Shown: positions 1 to 10,894 of the stretch, piece by piece | Layout of the letters: each line of letters opens with the position of its first letter | Position numbering within the stretch: the stretch's first letter is position 1 | NCBI GenBank assembly: GCA_000091205.1 | Contig: AP006493.2 | DNA from: Cyanidioschyzon merolae | Lineage: Eukaryota | Length of the DNA: 64,000 nucleotides | Reading direction: 5' to 3' (one strand) | Translations under genes and position numbers: made by a program | Notes under the pieces: generated by a model | What the model was told of the DNA's origin: nothing | Databases searched by the model: none | The model's input: the letters and a program-made list of their open reading frames with translations, nothing else

Positions 1-1472
1 AAACGGCCCGCCGGACTGTGCGATAACGTCCGAAGCGCCGTTCTCTATCTGCAGCGCCGCCTTCGTCACCGCGAGGTGCTGCACGTTGTGCGCCTATTCG
101 TTCGTTCGGCACATCCCTGCCCATCGGTGCATACTCTGGAGAGTCATTTTCCGTATCGGAGAGGGACCTGGGCGATGGCATGGACTCCCAGCGGTCCAGC
201 TGGTAGTTTCCGCTTGGAACGCGACCGTTTTCCCTGATCCAGTCACACAGCACCGACTCCAAAACGTCTGGTGTAGCTTCTTGCGAGCCACGAGTCGGGA
301 AATACGTTTTAAAATAGCGGCAGAGGGACGGTTGCAACTTTCGATGCACTTGCAGCTTCGCGAGGACGTTTTTTGTGTAACCAACATACCGAAGCGTGCG
401 TTCTTCATCGAATACTGCGTAAGCACCAGTGCGCTCCCAACGCTCGGGTTTCCTCGAAAGTTCCTGAACAGACAGCAGCGGAAGATCCGCTAAATATACG
501 CGTTCTTCAACCTCCTGCTCGGAAAACGGAGGCGGTTCCCGAGCGCGTTCGTCCTGCGACCGAGGTTCCTCCGCCGAAGCAAGCGCTACCAAGCAGCCAC
601 AGCCCCGGTGGGCAAGCTGCCGAAGGCGAGGCGCTCGCTGGTCAACGAAACCCAAGTATTGCCTTGCGCGTGCTCGCCTACTCGTTGTACTGTAGCGCCA
701 AACACACGGCTGCGTCCACATACACCCGAGTATACACGCTCGTTCGCCACGAAGCGAATGCGTAGTAAGATTCGTACGAGGACGTGCACAGAACACCGCC
801 TTCACGCCAGTACACTTTGTCATGTATTGTACAACACACACTAGGACGATTGCCCCCGTCGACAGATGCCATGGTGCACACATCGGGCGACGTCTCCGCG
901 GGACGCACGCCCCGTCGGCGTCGGCGGTGGCCGCTCGCCTACCTATCATTCGCTGCGCGCTGCGTGCGTTGCCGGTGCCGGGGCATCGTATGATTTCCGC
1001 CCGCTTCGCTCGGCACGTGAAGCGCATCGGGGCGGCTTTCGGGGACGACGAGGCTTCCCGCGCAGCGGCGACGCTGGCGGTACAAATTGGAATAGGCTTC
1101 GGCGGGCGTCGCTGCGATCACGAGCGTTCGGCGGTGATCCGTGACGGCACCGGAAATTGCCAGGAGGCGCTCCAGACGCATTCGCTCGTGATGGCAAATC
1201 GCCGCGTCGGCGATCACCGGCGCTCGTCGGCGGCACTGCGCCGCAATCTCGCAACGCACGTGCGTGCGCTATCCTCGCGGCGAAAACAATACCGTGCGTG
1301 GACAAGGCCACTATCTTGTCGAGGCTCTACACAATGAATGGGGAAACTAGTTTATGACTTTTCCAATCAAAAGAGCTTTCCTTGGAGTTTCCAGAACCGT
1401 TCGAGCCAACGTCAGAAACCGAACCTAAACCAGCAAGCCTCCTTAACAGCGACGCACTATGTACTCGAACGT

Positions 1473-1991
1473 TTACGCCTCCGCACGTTCAGTGTCTGCC
1501 TCACCGACATCATCCGAACTTCCTTTCTGTCCCCGCTCTACCGCAAGAGTGACTATCAGTGCAAAGAGGAGGAGCGCGAAATCAATCCACGAGAAGCCGA
1601 GCACTGCGTTCTCCTTCTTCGAACGACTGCCTCCGATTCTCGCACTCACAACAATGGCCCAGATCATTGCCCAGATAGTATTGAAGCCGTTCACAGCTAC
1701 TTCGAAAATGAATATGTGCGGTTCAAGGCTAGATACGAAACTCCCGATAAGCACGAACATAAACGTGAAGAGCGCAAATACGAACATGATCACGTTGTCC
1801 GCAATACCAAAGTTACAGATACTCACTGACGTACCAACTGTTCCTGTTGTATAGAAATGAGGGAAGCAGTACCGCTTACCATTGATGATGGGCTTCAAGT
1901 CGTGCACAATAAGCGCAAACGACGCGATAGACAGTGCGATAACCACGAAATAGCAAAACAGGCGAAAGCCGCGAGCGATATCGAGCGCCAT
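1473..1991 (-). CDS. Small 172-aa tetraspan (4-TM) membrane protein, CASP-like/MARVEL-like topology. Function unknown.
   Basis: ORF translation shows four clear hydrophobic helices (FRLFCYFVVIALSIASFALIV, IMFVFALFTFMFVLIGSFV, FNTIWAMIWAIVVSARIGG, WIDFALLLFALIVTLAV) separated by short loops. The interval is markedly AT/T-richer than the GC-rich, Arg-rich junk ORFs around it, as expected for real membrane-protein coding sequence. Confidence 0.45.
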   Translation of the reverse strand: MALDIARGFRLFCYFVVIALSIASFALIVHDLKPIINGKRYCFPHFYTTGTVGTSVSICNFGIADNVIMFVFALFTFMFVLIGSFVSSLEPHIFIFEVAVNGFNTIWAMIWAIVVSARIGGSRSKKENAVLGFSWIDFALLLFALIVTLAVERGQKGSSDDVGEADTERAEA

Positions 1992-4366
1992 AATGATTCG
2001 GCTTATTACGAATGTTCAGAACGTAACACGTTATAGTAACGTAACCAGAGACTCTACGCTTTGCACGCTATGACAGTCGGGAGCGGAGCACTTGTAAAAC
2101 CGCTTATGCACAACTCGAAGCGAGCTTTAAATTAAAACCGTCGTGATCACCAGGCGATGGCCGCACGCGTCGCGAACCATCCTTCAAAAGATGGAGCTCG
2201 TCGCGCCTTCGCCGCGGCGTCCAGGCGACGGCTCGAGATCGACCATCGACATCTGGATCGCCCGTGTGGATCTTCATTGAAGCAGGTGGCGCCACGTGGC
2301 CCCGTCGCCGCGACTCAGTCGAAATCGGCAACGCTGCGGCGCCCTGCCGCGGTGGCCCCGTAGCGCGGGAGATTGCTTCAGCGCTCGACTGTGTCGCGGC
2401 ACGTGCTGTAGACGGAGCAGTGATCGCTAGAAACCCTGCATCAGAACGGCCTTTTTGTTGTTATTTGTTTTTCTCAGGGTTATTGAACAGAGGGATTGTA
2501 TGATGGAGGTTGGAGAAACGTTGTGGAAAGTCTTGATACTATCACAGCTAGTTTGCCATGCTGGTTTTCGTTGTACGAGTTCAGGTATGCTCTGGCTAGC
2601 TCGTGGATGAAGCGCTCCTGTTCTCGTCTCTGTCCTGAGCATCGTGCACGCGAAACAGAAGTCACCGAACGCCACCAAGACGACTGTGTCCTGGATAATC
2701 CATTGAATTCCATGCATTCTATTGGGAACACGGCGAAGGAAGCCATAGGATGTGAGGCTTCCGTGTGGTTCATACGAATGCTGATGAAGACACGCTGATA
2801 GACACAGGAGAAAAACGCTCGTCGTGAAGACTGTCGTGCAATAAACAACACTCTATTGATCTCGTATGGACGCGTGGACGTTTGTTACCGGAGCGTGAGG
2901 TGTTCGTCTCAATCGCTGAGACTCGAATCTGGAGGGATGGTACACCTGTGAATGCCTACTCAAAGAGGGACAAATCGCTATTCCTACAAAGGAGATTAGC
3001 GAGCAGGACGGCACCAGCTGGCCTGGGTGCGAGGCTTCGGTGTCGCCAACACCAAATAGCAAAAGAGCCGTGATCACTCAACTCCTCACGATGCGTCGAA
3101 GCGCTTTTCGGCTTCTCCTTTCCACATTCTTCTGATACGCTCTTGGACAACGTCGCTCTCTGTCACGCAAGAGCGGCCACGGATTGTGCAGCTGAGCTTG
3201 GCATTGAGCTGATGTTTGCGTGAGCCTATTCGTCCTGGTTCCGTCCAGCTGAAGGAGCCTGCTCAGTTTGTCGAACCATGGATGGATGCTCACGACTCAT
3301 TCGACGAGCCGTCCGCATCTGTGACACCATTCTTGGACAAGCCATTCTCCACCTTTGCAAGCCATGAGCTGATGCGTCGCCGCGCTGCTCGTGCCCGGAC
3401 GGGAGCTGAGAGGCGCGCTTCCGTCCGTGGGCGAGCTCTCGGCGGATACGACGATGGAGAGGTGCTTGAGGAGTAGTCGATACATACATAGAAAGGGCGA
3501 GTTTCAGTGCAACCTTCCACCCAGTGCGCCTGAGTCTCCACTGGGAGAACGACATACAGATATGCTCGATAGAGATGGAATGCAGGGCGCCTGCCAGGAA
3601 CTAGAGAAAGAAAAGCGACCACCGGGCGAACCAGAGAAAGAGCCTTCCGAGAATAGGGTAAGGAGCGACGGGGAGGAACAGATGTCGGAGCGACAAGATC
3701 TGTCTCAAAGCGATGCGACCGCTTCCCCAAGAAATGCACCACCCGCGAGAATCTGTCAAGCCGTGAGATGCGAGACGCCATTCAGGATCGCGCAGCTTCG
3801 TACTCAACGAAGGCTCGCCCAGCTGCGCTCGCCCAGACGCGCCTCGTCAAGCATCTGCTCATCGGAGGGCTGGACGCACGGCCGCCAGTTGTCTACATTC
3901 CTCTCATAACCTTTCGATGAAACGTTCGTGCGACAACAGATGGCCAGAAAACAAGATGCAATACGGCCTGGTCGTGGCATCCAGGGTTTGAGAACACGCC
4001 ACCCAGCATGCCGTGACGCTTCGTAGGCCGGCGTCTGTAATGAGAACGTCCGCAGCGCAGGTGCCGGCATGTCTGGGGCCAACCTCAAACACTACATGCC
4101 GGCCAATGTCGAGCGCCCCATGCAGCGCGCCCTCTGCGTGTCGCAGCCTCACCTCAGTGGTCCAGAACAGGGGAGATAGGTTGACGGGATTCTTGGATAT
4201 CGATGGAGGCAAATGACGAGCTGGATACGCAAGAGCTCCAACTGGTATCGACTTCGAAAAGAAAAGCAGCAACGAGAGCCAGAATCGCCCCAGATCGCCC
4301 GACGATATCGTTTAGTGCTCGGCGTCGCACCTGCAGATATCGTATCCGAAAAGTGGCTGAAGCGCA

Positions 4367-4393
4367 CTGCCTGCCTGCCTGCCTGCCTGCCTC
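4367..4393. repeat. (CTGC)6 tetranucleotide microsatellite.
   Basis: Direct read: ctgcctgcctgcctgcctgcctgcctc. Confidence 0.9.
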
Positions 4394-5483
4394 GTTTGGC
4401 TCCTGTGCTACCACGTTTCTCTGGACAGGTGCTTCCAGAGCTGAGCAGCCCCCCTCTCGGGATCCGACCGTCCGGTGCACGTCACGCGTCTATTCGACGT
4501 GGTCTCGGTATGCCAGATCAAGGTGAATCGCGCGTCAGTAGACACTTGTGTACTGGATGGCCTCCTCTGTGCGGTGCCGCTGCTCTCTGCGAGTAAGCCT
4601 GAAGCGTCCGAGCAGCCACACGAAGAGCACTGGCGGCGCTCGTTCAAGATTTCTCGTTTCCAGTGACGACGGCGACCGACGGGATACCAAGCTCGACGGT
4701 CTTTGTGACGCTTGTGAATCCGAAACCTGCGTCGAGCCACGAAACGCATATCCAACGGATCCGGGCACATGAAGGGAAAGGTCACGAGCCGTGCGTCGAT
4801 CCCCGCTGGGGGGAAATCATCACCGCCACCGATTATCTATTGAAAGATGGCGGAGGTCACAACCTGAACGGAAAGCGGATGAACCTGCTCAACCTCTTCA
4901 ATCGCTCGGTATGAGCGGCAGTCGGACGTGATGGGCGCTAGAATGCATACGAACAGCAAGGGGAGCGGTGGCGGCATCAGGACCCAAGTCGACGCTCCAG
5001 GCACCGTATGGAGCCGAGGGTTATGCTTCCTATAATTTATTCCGAGCGTCCATGAGCGACCAAATGCATCGTGTGGAGGGTCTTTGGTGGGCGTCCTTGG
5101 TACTACGCTGAGGTCGCAAACGGTGTCGCTTCTACAGAGGCGGGAAACTCGCATTCACCGGCATTATCGGTGAATTCCAAGCGAAAATCCCCGGCAGGTC
5201 CGATCGTTTCCTGGCGGCAGCCTATGACGCTGGATGTTCAGTAGCGCGCAAAGGACGCGGACCTGCTCATGCTTCGACGGGAGTGTCCAATAAGCTCAGG
5301 TGCCTATGCCGCACGCTTCCTGTCGGTGCGTTCAGCACGACGTACATGCGCCACGAGTGCGGGTGCATGCTGAAAAACCGACAGACAAGAACGGTGCGAA
5401 ACAGAGCTGCATGCGCGAGATGGTGCACTGTCAGCCGCGCAAACGGCAGATCACGAAGTAATCAAAGCTGAGAAGCTCGCTAT

Positions 5484-5667
5484 GCTTACATTTCTTCAAT
5501 AAGAGCGCTTACGTGCATGTACTGTGTCTATCGAGCGTTGGAAAACCCCCATTCCAGATCTCTGGGAACGATCTCGTGCTTACATTTCTTCAATAAGAAC
5601 ACATGCATGTACTGTGTCTATCGAGCGTTGGAAAGCCCCCATTCCAGATCTCTGGGAACGATCTCAT
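5484..5667. repeat. Tandem duplication of a ~92-bp unit (copy 1: 5484-5577; copy 2: 5578-5667). An inverted partial copy of the unit start lies at ~5741-5754.
   Basis: Direct read: gcttacatttcttcaataaga...catgtactgtgtctatcgagcgttggaaa(a/g)cccccattccagatctctgggaacgatctc(gt/at) occurs twice in tandem. cgtttcaataagag appears reverse-complemented at 5741. Confidence 0.9.
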
Positions 5668-8600
5668 GATTTCGGAGCGTCCAGTGGCTTTATGTGTCGC
5701 GCGATCATTCAGGTAAATCGTGTCGTACACTGTATGCGCCTCTTATTGAAACGTTGCAGACTTTCAGTGAGAAGAATCCTAGCGACCCGGAGGTGCGGCA
5801 TTTCGATTGCGTCCTGGAGCGGAATACTGGTACGGTATGAAATAGGCATCCAGGAAAACTGCAGCGCCCTGAGTCCACACTAGGATTGTGTATCCTTGGT
5901 CATTGGTGAACGATAATAGCTTTCCATGATCCGATATGACTGACTATATGGCCTCCATTTGTGTGCTGGTATCCCGCACCAACCCTAATCTGAGCATGCG
6001 CCGGCATCCGCATACTGAGACAACGGTCTTCTGTCCGTGAGCAAACCTTACAGAAGAATATTCAGGGAATGTTCAAGTAGAGGACAGTCCTCCTGCACTT
6101 GGCAATCCGAGTTGCATACGAAGGGAGCGAACGCCAAGGCCAACGCGGCACCCCCTGCAGGAAAATTCAAAGCTGAACATATGCGCAGAGTTTGTGGACA
6201 AAATTTTTCCCGGATCCGCGTCCAAGCTTTGCATCCCCTACTCATCGTGATCGCTGGGTCGGCAGCTTTGCATAACGATAAGCTGGTAGGTAGCCCCGTT
6301 GGACCGCCGTGCCGTAACAGCGCTGAAGCTGACGGCATCAGCAGCGGCGGTGGCAGGCCTACCAAAAACCCAACCTCGAACTACTGATGATGATGATGCA
6401 AGCACAGAGCTTGGCATCTGGGACAGCGTCACTTTCGAATGTGTCCCGATGGCAACCGCCTGCCCACATGTGTTGACGTACCTTGCAACCGATTACAGTA
6501 ACAGTCGTGGAGACGCACGTCCAGGAGTCGTATGCGTTGACGCTCTCGGCGTTCAACGCAGGGCGTCCACCGCGCTACGAAACGCTGTTGCTTGCCATTG
6601 CATGGTAACGGAGTGCCGCTCCCGGAACCCGGCAACCGTATGATTTCTGGCGACTCTCCGAGTTCGGTTTCTATTCAGACGCTCGCTGACAGCGGGAGTA
6701 GGGGTGAGCTGAGGTGCGCTCGGCAGCCACGAAGCGCTCTCTCAGTGAAGGACCCTCCGTGTACGCGTATGCGAGTTCGTTTCGGGTAGACCGATTCGAT
6801 CGAGGCGGACTTTAGAACTCCGGATACACACGGCAGCATCCGACGACACGGATCGGAGATTTAGATTACCGTAACCCCAAGGACCGTTGGATCGAGGCAG
6901 AGTTTTCTGGATGCCTTGACCCTACCGAATTCCAGGAAAGAGATCTCAGTTCCATCACAGACGCTTTGTCGATGCAGCAGGCCCTAGTCTGTCCTCCGCA
7001 CTCTAATACAAGTATGACGGGTTCCATGACCGAGCGACACTGGATGGACAGCTGTCGCCGCGGACGCCGCACAGAGACAGCGTGGTGGTTTGGCGATGCT
7101 TGCGCGGGTGCCTTCTCACGGCATGCATCGGGAACTACAAAAAACGACTCCGAGCGAAGTCGTGAAATGCGAGACGGGAATTTGCAAATGAGTGCTGTAC
7201 CAGCATCGTCATGACGCAAAGGGTGAGCAGCATTTGAGCTGCTTCAGATTCTAAGCACCGTAGAAAACGCAGATGAAATCAGAAGCGAGTATGAAACACT
7301 ACCGGGCGTGCAGCGCTTTCCCCAGACGCGAAGAAACTCGGATCCATTAACGTCAAATTGTAACAAGTCCTTGCAGCGCATTGCGTCTCACATGCACCCC
7401 GAGCACTGCACGGCGGAACAGCCATAGCGCGCCCCTTTTAAACCCGTGCCAGAATAACATACACCAGGTCGTCAGCGACGAGCGTACACACTGACCTTTG
7501 GGGACTCCTTAACAGTATCGTCAGGTTGTTGCCGGCTTTTTCTGTGACGGCTTCATAATCCTCTCTCTTATTCCCGACTTTGAACATAGTGGTCTCTCTT
7601 GTCACTCTGGCAGCGTTGTCAGCGGCCGACGGATGTTGACCGCTGCCGTAAAGTCGAGACTACGCCGGTTAAGGCTGTTGCCAATGCGTTTTATCGATGG
7701 ACGGAAGTTGCGATCTATGCTTTGATTGCCATGCTCACCATCTTTGTATCCAGCCTGGTTGCGCCCCGCACACCGCTGACACTCGACTGTGGTCAGGTGT
7801 TCCAGTACGTCTATCGCGCATCTCATCTGCTGAGCACCGCCCTGTGATACGAGAACGCTCGTTTCATCGCGCGGCACGTGCCCTTTGACAGGGACAGAGG
7901 GCATCACTTGATGCATTCCTCCATTTCCCTGCCGAGCGCCGTACACCACGATCACGGACCTATTCTGGGCGACAATTTAATTGACAGGTACGCTGTCCCA
8001 TTCCATGGAGGATTCGTGGAACACAATAATGTCCATGATGAAACAAGTACCGTAAGGAAACTCCAGGCTGTTCATCAACTCGAGACATTTCGATCCGCCT
8101 CTGGCCGCTCCATGCAAAGCGGTGACGCATTCTCCACTGCGGGCGATCGCTGCGTTGACTAGCGTCCGAATCCAAGACGTTTTCGCATGGAAACACGAGA
8201 CAGGAGAGCGTCTGGAAACGTATCTCGTGACACGTATGATGCTGCTGTGGGATGCTGCTTCCTGAAGAACCATAAAAACGAACGGATTTGTATTTTAAAC
8301 ATTAACAAGTTTAAGACGTGGGAATTCCAGGGAAATCTCGGCGTGAGCTTGTAAACAAGTTGTCAAGTGACAACGTCCAGGTTTTTTCGTCGATCATGTA
8401 GAATCGCGAGTGGCTGCACCCTCGTGTTGCCTTGAAAAAGAGAAATAGAAAACTCGAGAAATCAATGATCTGAGCATGGTACACGTAAGAAAAGGTCAAG
8501 AGCGGAGGCTCATACGTATGAAATGGAACGTGATATCGGTAATTTTACGAACCCTTGTTCCGCGACATCGTGAATCATATCGACTCTGGTGACGTATCGA

Positions 8601-9051
8601 ACTCCACCGGCAAACCGTCGAAGCAGGCGCTCCATCAAAGCGGCCGAGCATCCCCATAAGACGTCTCCATTGGTAAGCGCTCATTCCTGCACCAGGAATG
8701 TCGTGACTGTCCATCTACACAGAGTTCGGAAACAAGATCGACGTTCAGGAAGAGAGCGAGTCGCTCAGTGTTCTGTGCCAGTCTGAAACGGGTGCAGGAG
8801 TTCACGCATGCACACATATCGATACCAGCTGCTGCTAACTAGCGCAGAAGGAATGCCCTCGACTGCGCCACGAAGCCGGCATCGCGTGGAAACCTTTTCC
8901 TTGCCATGTCTGAGCATGGGTACGATTTCATCTACGCGAGTCGCGTACGCCATACGGCACTGACCGGCAGGGTCTCTAGGTTTGCTCAGTTTACAGAGTC
9001 TTTCGCGAGAAGCTTCTTGGATGGCGATCGCCAGTGACGACATAGACGCCT

Positions 9052-10305
9052 CTACAACATATCACTGATGTCGACCGGCATTTCCTGGATTTCACAGTTG
9101 TAATAGGCCTCTATCTCGCGTAGCGTCCGCACATCCTCATTGGCAAGGAAGTTGATCGCAACACCTTTGCGACCGAAGCGCCCGGAACGGCCCACACGAT
9201 GAATATAGTTCTCCCTGTTTGACGGTAGATCGTAGTTGATCACGAGACTCACCTGCTGCACGTCAATACCGCGAGCGAGCAGATCCGTCGTGATCAACAC
9301 GCGCGACGAGCCTGAGCGAAACTCGCGCATGATCAGATTTCGCTCCTCTTGGCTCATGTCTGCATGGATAACTGAGACCGTAAAGTCGCGTTCACGCATA
9401 CGTTCACTGAGCCATTCAGCCTTACGCCGGCTGTTCACGAAGATAACGGTCTGCGAAGCAGAAATGGTTTCGTACAAATCAATCAGAGTCTCTAGCTTCC
9501 ATTCTTCCTTCTCTACCATGATGTAAAACTGTCTAATACCCTGCAGTGTCAATTCATCTTTCCGAACCAGGATACGTGCCGGATCCCGCAAAAATTTTTC
9601 GGCCATTTCGACGATCTCGGCGGGAATCGTGGCGCTGAAAAGCGCCACCTGACAGTTTGCCGGCATGTATTGGAAGACCATGTAGATTTGCTCCTTGAAA
9701 CCACGAGAAAGCATCTCGTCTGCTTCGTCCATCACAAAACACTTGATAGTCGTCGTATCCAACGCTCTTCTCTGGATCATATCGTACACTCGCCCGGGTG
9801 TTCCGACGATCACGTGCGGCGTGTCCTGTTCCAGCGTCCGCAGGTCGTCTACAACCCTTGTACCGCCGATGCACGCGTGAACTTTAACGCCCATATAGTC
9901 GCCTAGAGCCAGCGCCACTTTTTGGATCTGTTGCGCAAGTTCGCGCGTCGGTGCCAGAATCAGACCCTGAACTTTGCGCACCGAGGTATCCACGTTCTGG
10001 AGCATGCCGATGACGAAGCACCCAGTCTTCCCGGTGCCAGACTGGCTCTGCGCGAGCATGTCACGCCCTTTCACCATTGGTACAATGCCACGTTGCTGGA
10101 TGGCCGACGGCTTCTCAAAACCATACGCGTAGATGCCTCGCAAAAGCTCATCGCGCAGCCCCATGTCGTCGAAGGACTCGTAGACCTCTGTCACGTTGGA
10201 GTCGATTTCCCCTGCGCTCTCTACGTTTTCAACATGCTCAGCATCATTACTGTAGCCGGTATCTCTCGAAACAGCAACCGAACTTGTGCCGTTCGCTTCC
10301 GCCAT
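9052..10305 (-). CDS. Eukaryotic translation initiation factor 4A family DEAD-box RNA helicase (eIF4A or eIF4A-III).
   Basis: 417-aa single ORF carrying all DEAD-box motifs: Q-motif/[20 protein letters not shown] (motif I), PTRELA, DEAD (VMDEADEML), [16 protein letters not shown] (motif VI). Near-colinear with eIF4A along its whole length. Confidence 0.95.
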   Translation of the reverse strand: MAEANGTSSVAVSRDTGYSNDAEHVENVESAGEIDSNVTEVYESFDDMGLRDELLRGIYAYGFEKPSAIQQRGIVPMVKGRDMLAQSQSGTGKTGCFVIGMLQNVDTSVRKVQGLILAPTRELAQQIQKVALALGDYMGVKVHACIGGTRVVDDLRTLEQDTPHVIVGTPGRVYDMIQRRALDTTTIKCFVMDEADEMLSRGFKEQIYMVFQYMPANCQVALFSATIPAEIVEMAEKFLRDPARILVRKDELTLQGIRQFYIMVEKEEWKLETLIDLYETISASQTVIFVNSRRKAEWLSERMRERDFTVSVIHADMSQEERNLIMREFRSGSSRVLITTDLLARGIDVQQVSLVINYDLPSNRENYIHRVGRSGRFGRKGVAINFLANEDVRTLREIEAYYNCEIQEMPVDISDML

Positions 10306-10894
10306 GGTTCACAGAAAGGCGACGTAACTTGTGTACACGTATCCACAGATACGACAGCGTCAAGACTTGGGTCCACTTGGACAGACGCGTCGCACACCAG
10401 ACATATGGACGGCGGGTTCGCCGTCGTCGGCGCGCCGTCGCGCCGGCCACCGCCCTGGTTCACGCAACGCAGTGCCTTGCCTTGCCTAACATGGATCAGA
10501 ATGGAATTTATGGGACATAATGGAAATAGAAGGATTTTTTGGGATGTTTCGGCCATTGAGCAACCGCTGCTGCCTGCTGCTTCTTGATTGCTCGTGGACA
10601 TGCCGGTACGCAGGCTGCGCTCCAGTCGATGGTCGAGGCTGAAGTCACCCGACTCCATGCTGACCTGGTTCGTTTCCTACCTGCGTACTTGCTGAGGCGA
10701 CAGTGTTTCAGTAGTGCTGTTCGGAAGTGCCGAATGCACCGTGTTGAACAACCGGCTCACTGCTTATGGGCTTGTATCAGAACGATACTTGACGCGACTA
10801 CTCGTTCTGGTGTGGCCGCTCTGGGCGAACTGTAACGGACAAAGGCGTAACTGCAGCGCGCACAAAACTTAGACGGCGTACTGGTACTGCTTTC
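10306..10894. promoter_or_regulatory. 589-bp divergent intergenic region between eIF4A (-) and the TBC Rab-GAP (+). Presumed bidirectional promoter.
   Basis: Head-to-head gene arrangement only. Confidence 0.3.

Noticed and set aside
1-246. Frame open from the window's left edge (KRPAGLCDNVRSAVLYLQRRLRHREVLHVV...) ending at ~247.
   Set aside because: Only 82 codons, Arg-rich, no motif. Could be the 3' end of a gene lying outside the window, but unsupported.
1338-1854. Plus-strand ORFs 1338..1829 and 1459..1854.
   Set aside because: Antisense to the 4-TM membrane-protein ORF. Hydrophilic, His/Glu/Lys-rich mirror translation with no motif.
3904-4480. Minus-strand ORFs 3904..4272 and 4154..4480, with a faint metallophosphoesterase-like ISGHxH pattern (ILFSGHLLSHE).
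   Set aside because: Only one weak motif. The other phosphoesterase signatures (GDxHG, GNHE) are absent. Composition is GC-junk-like.
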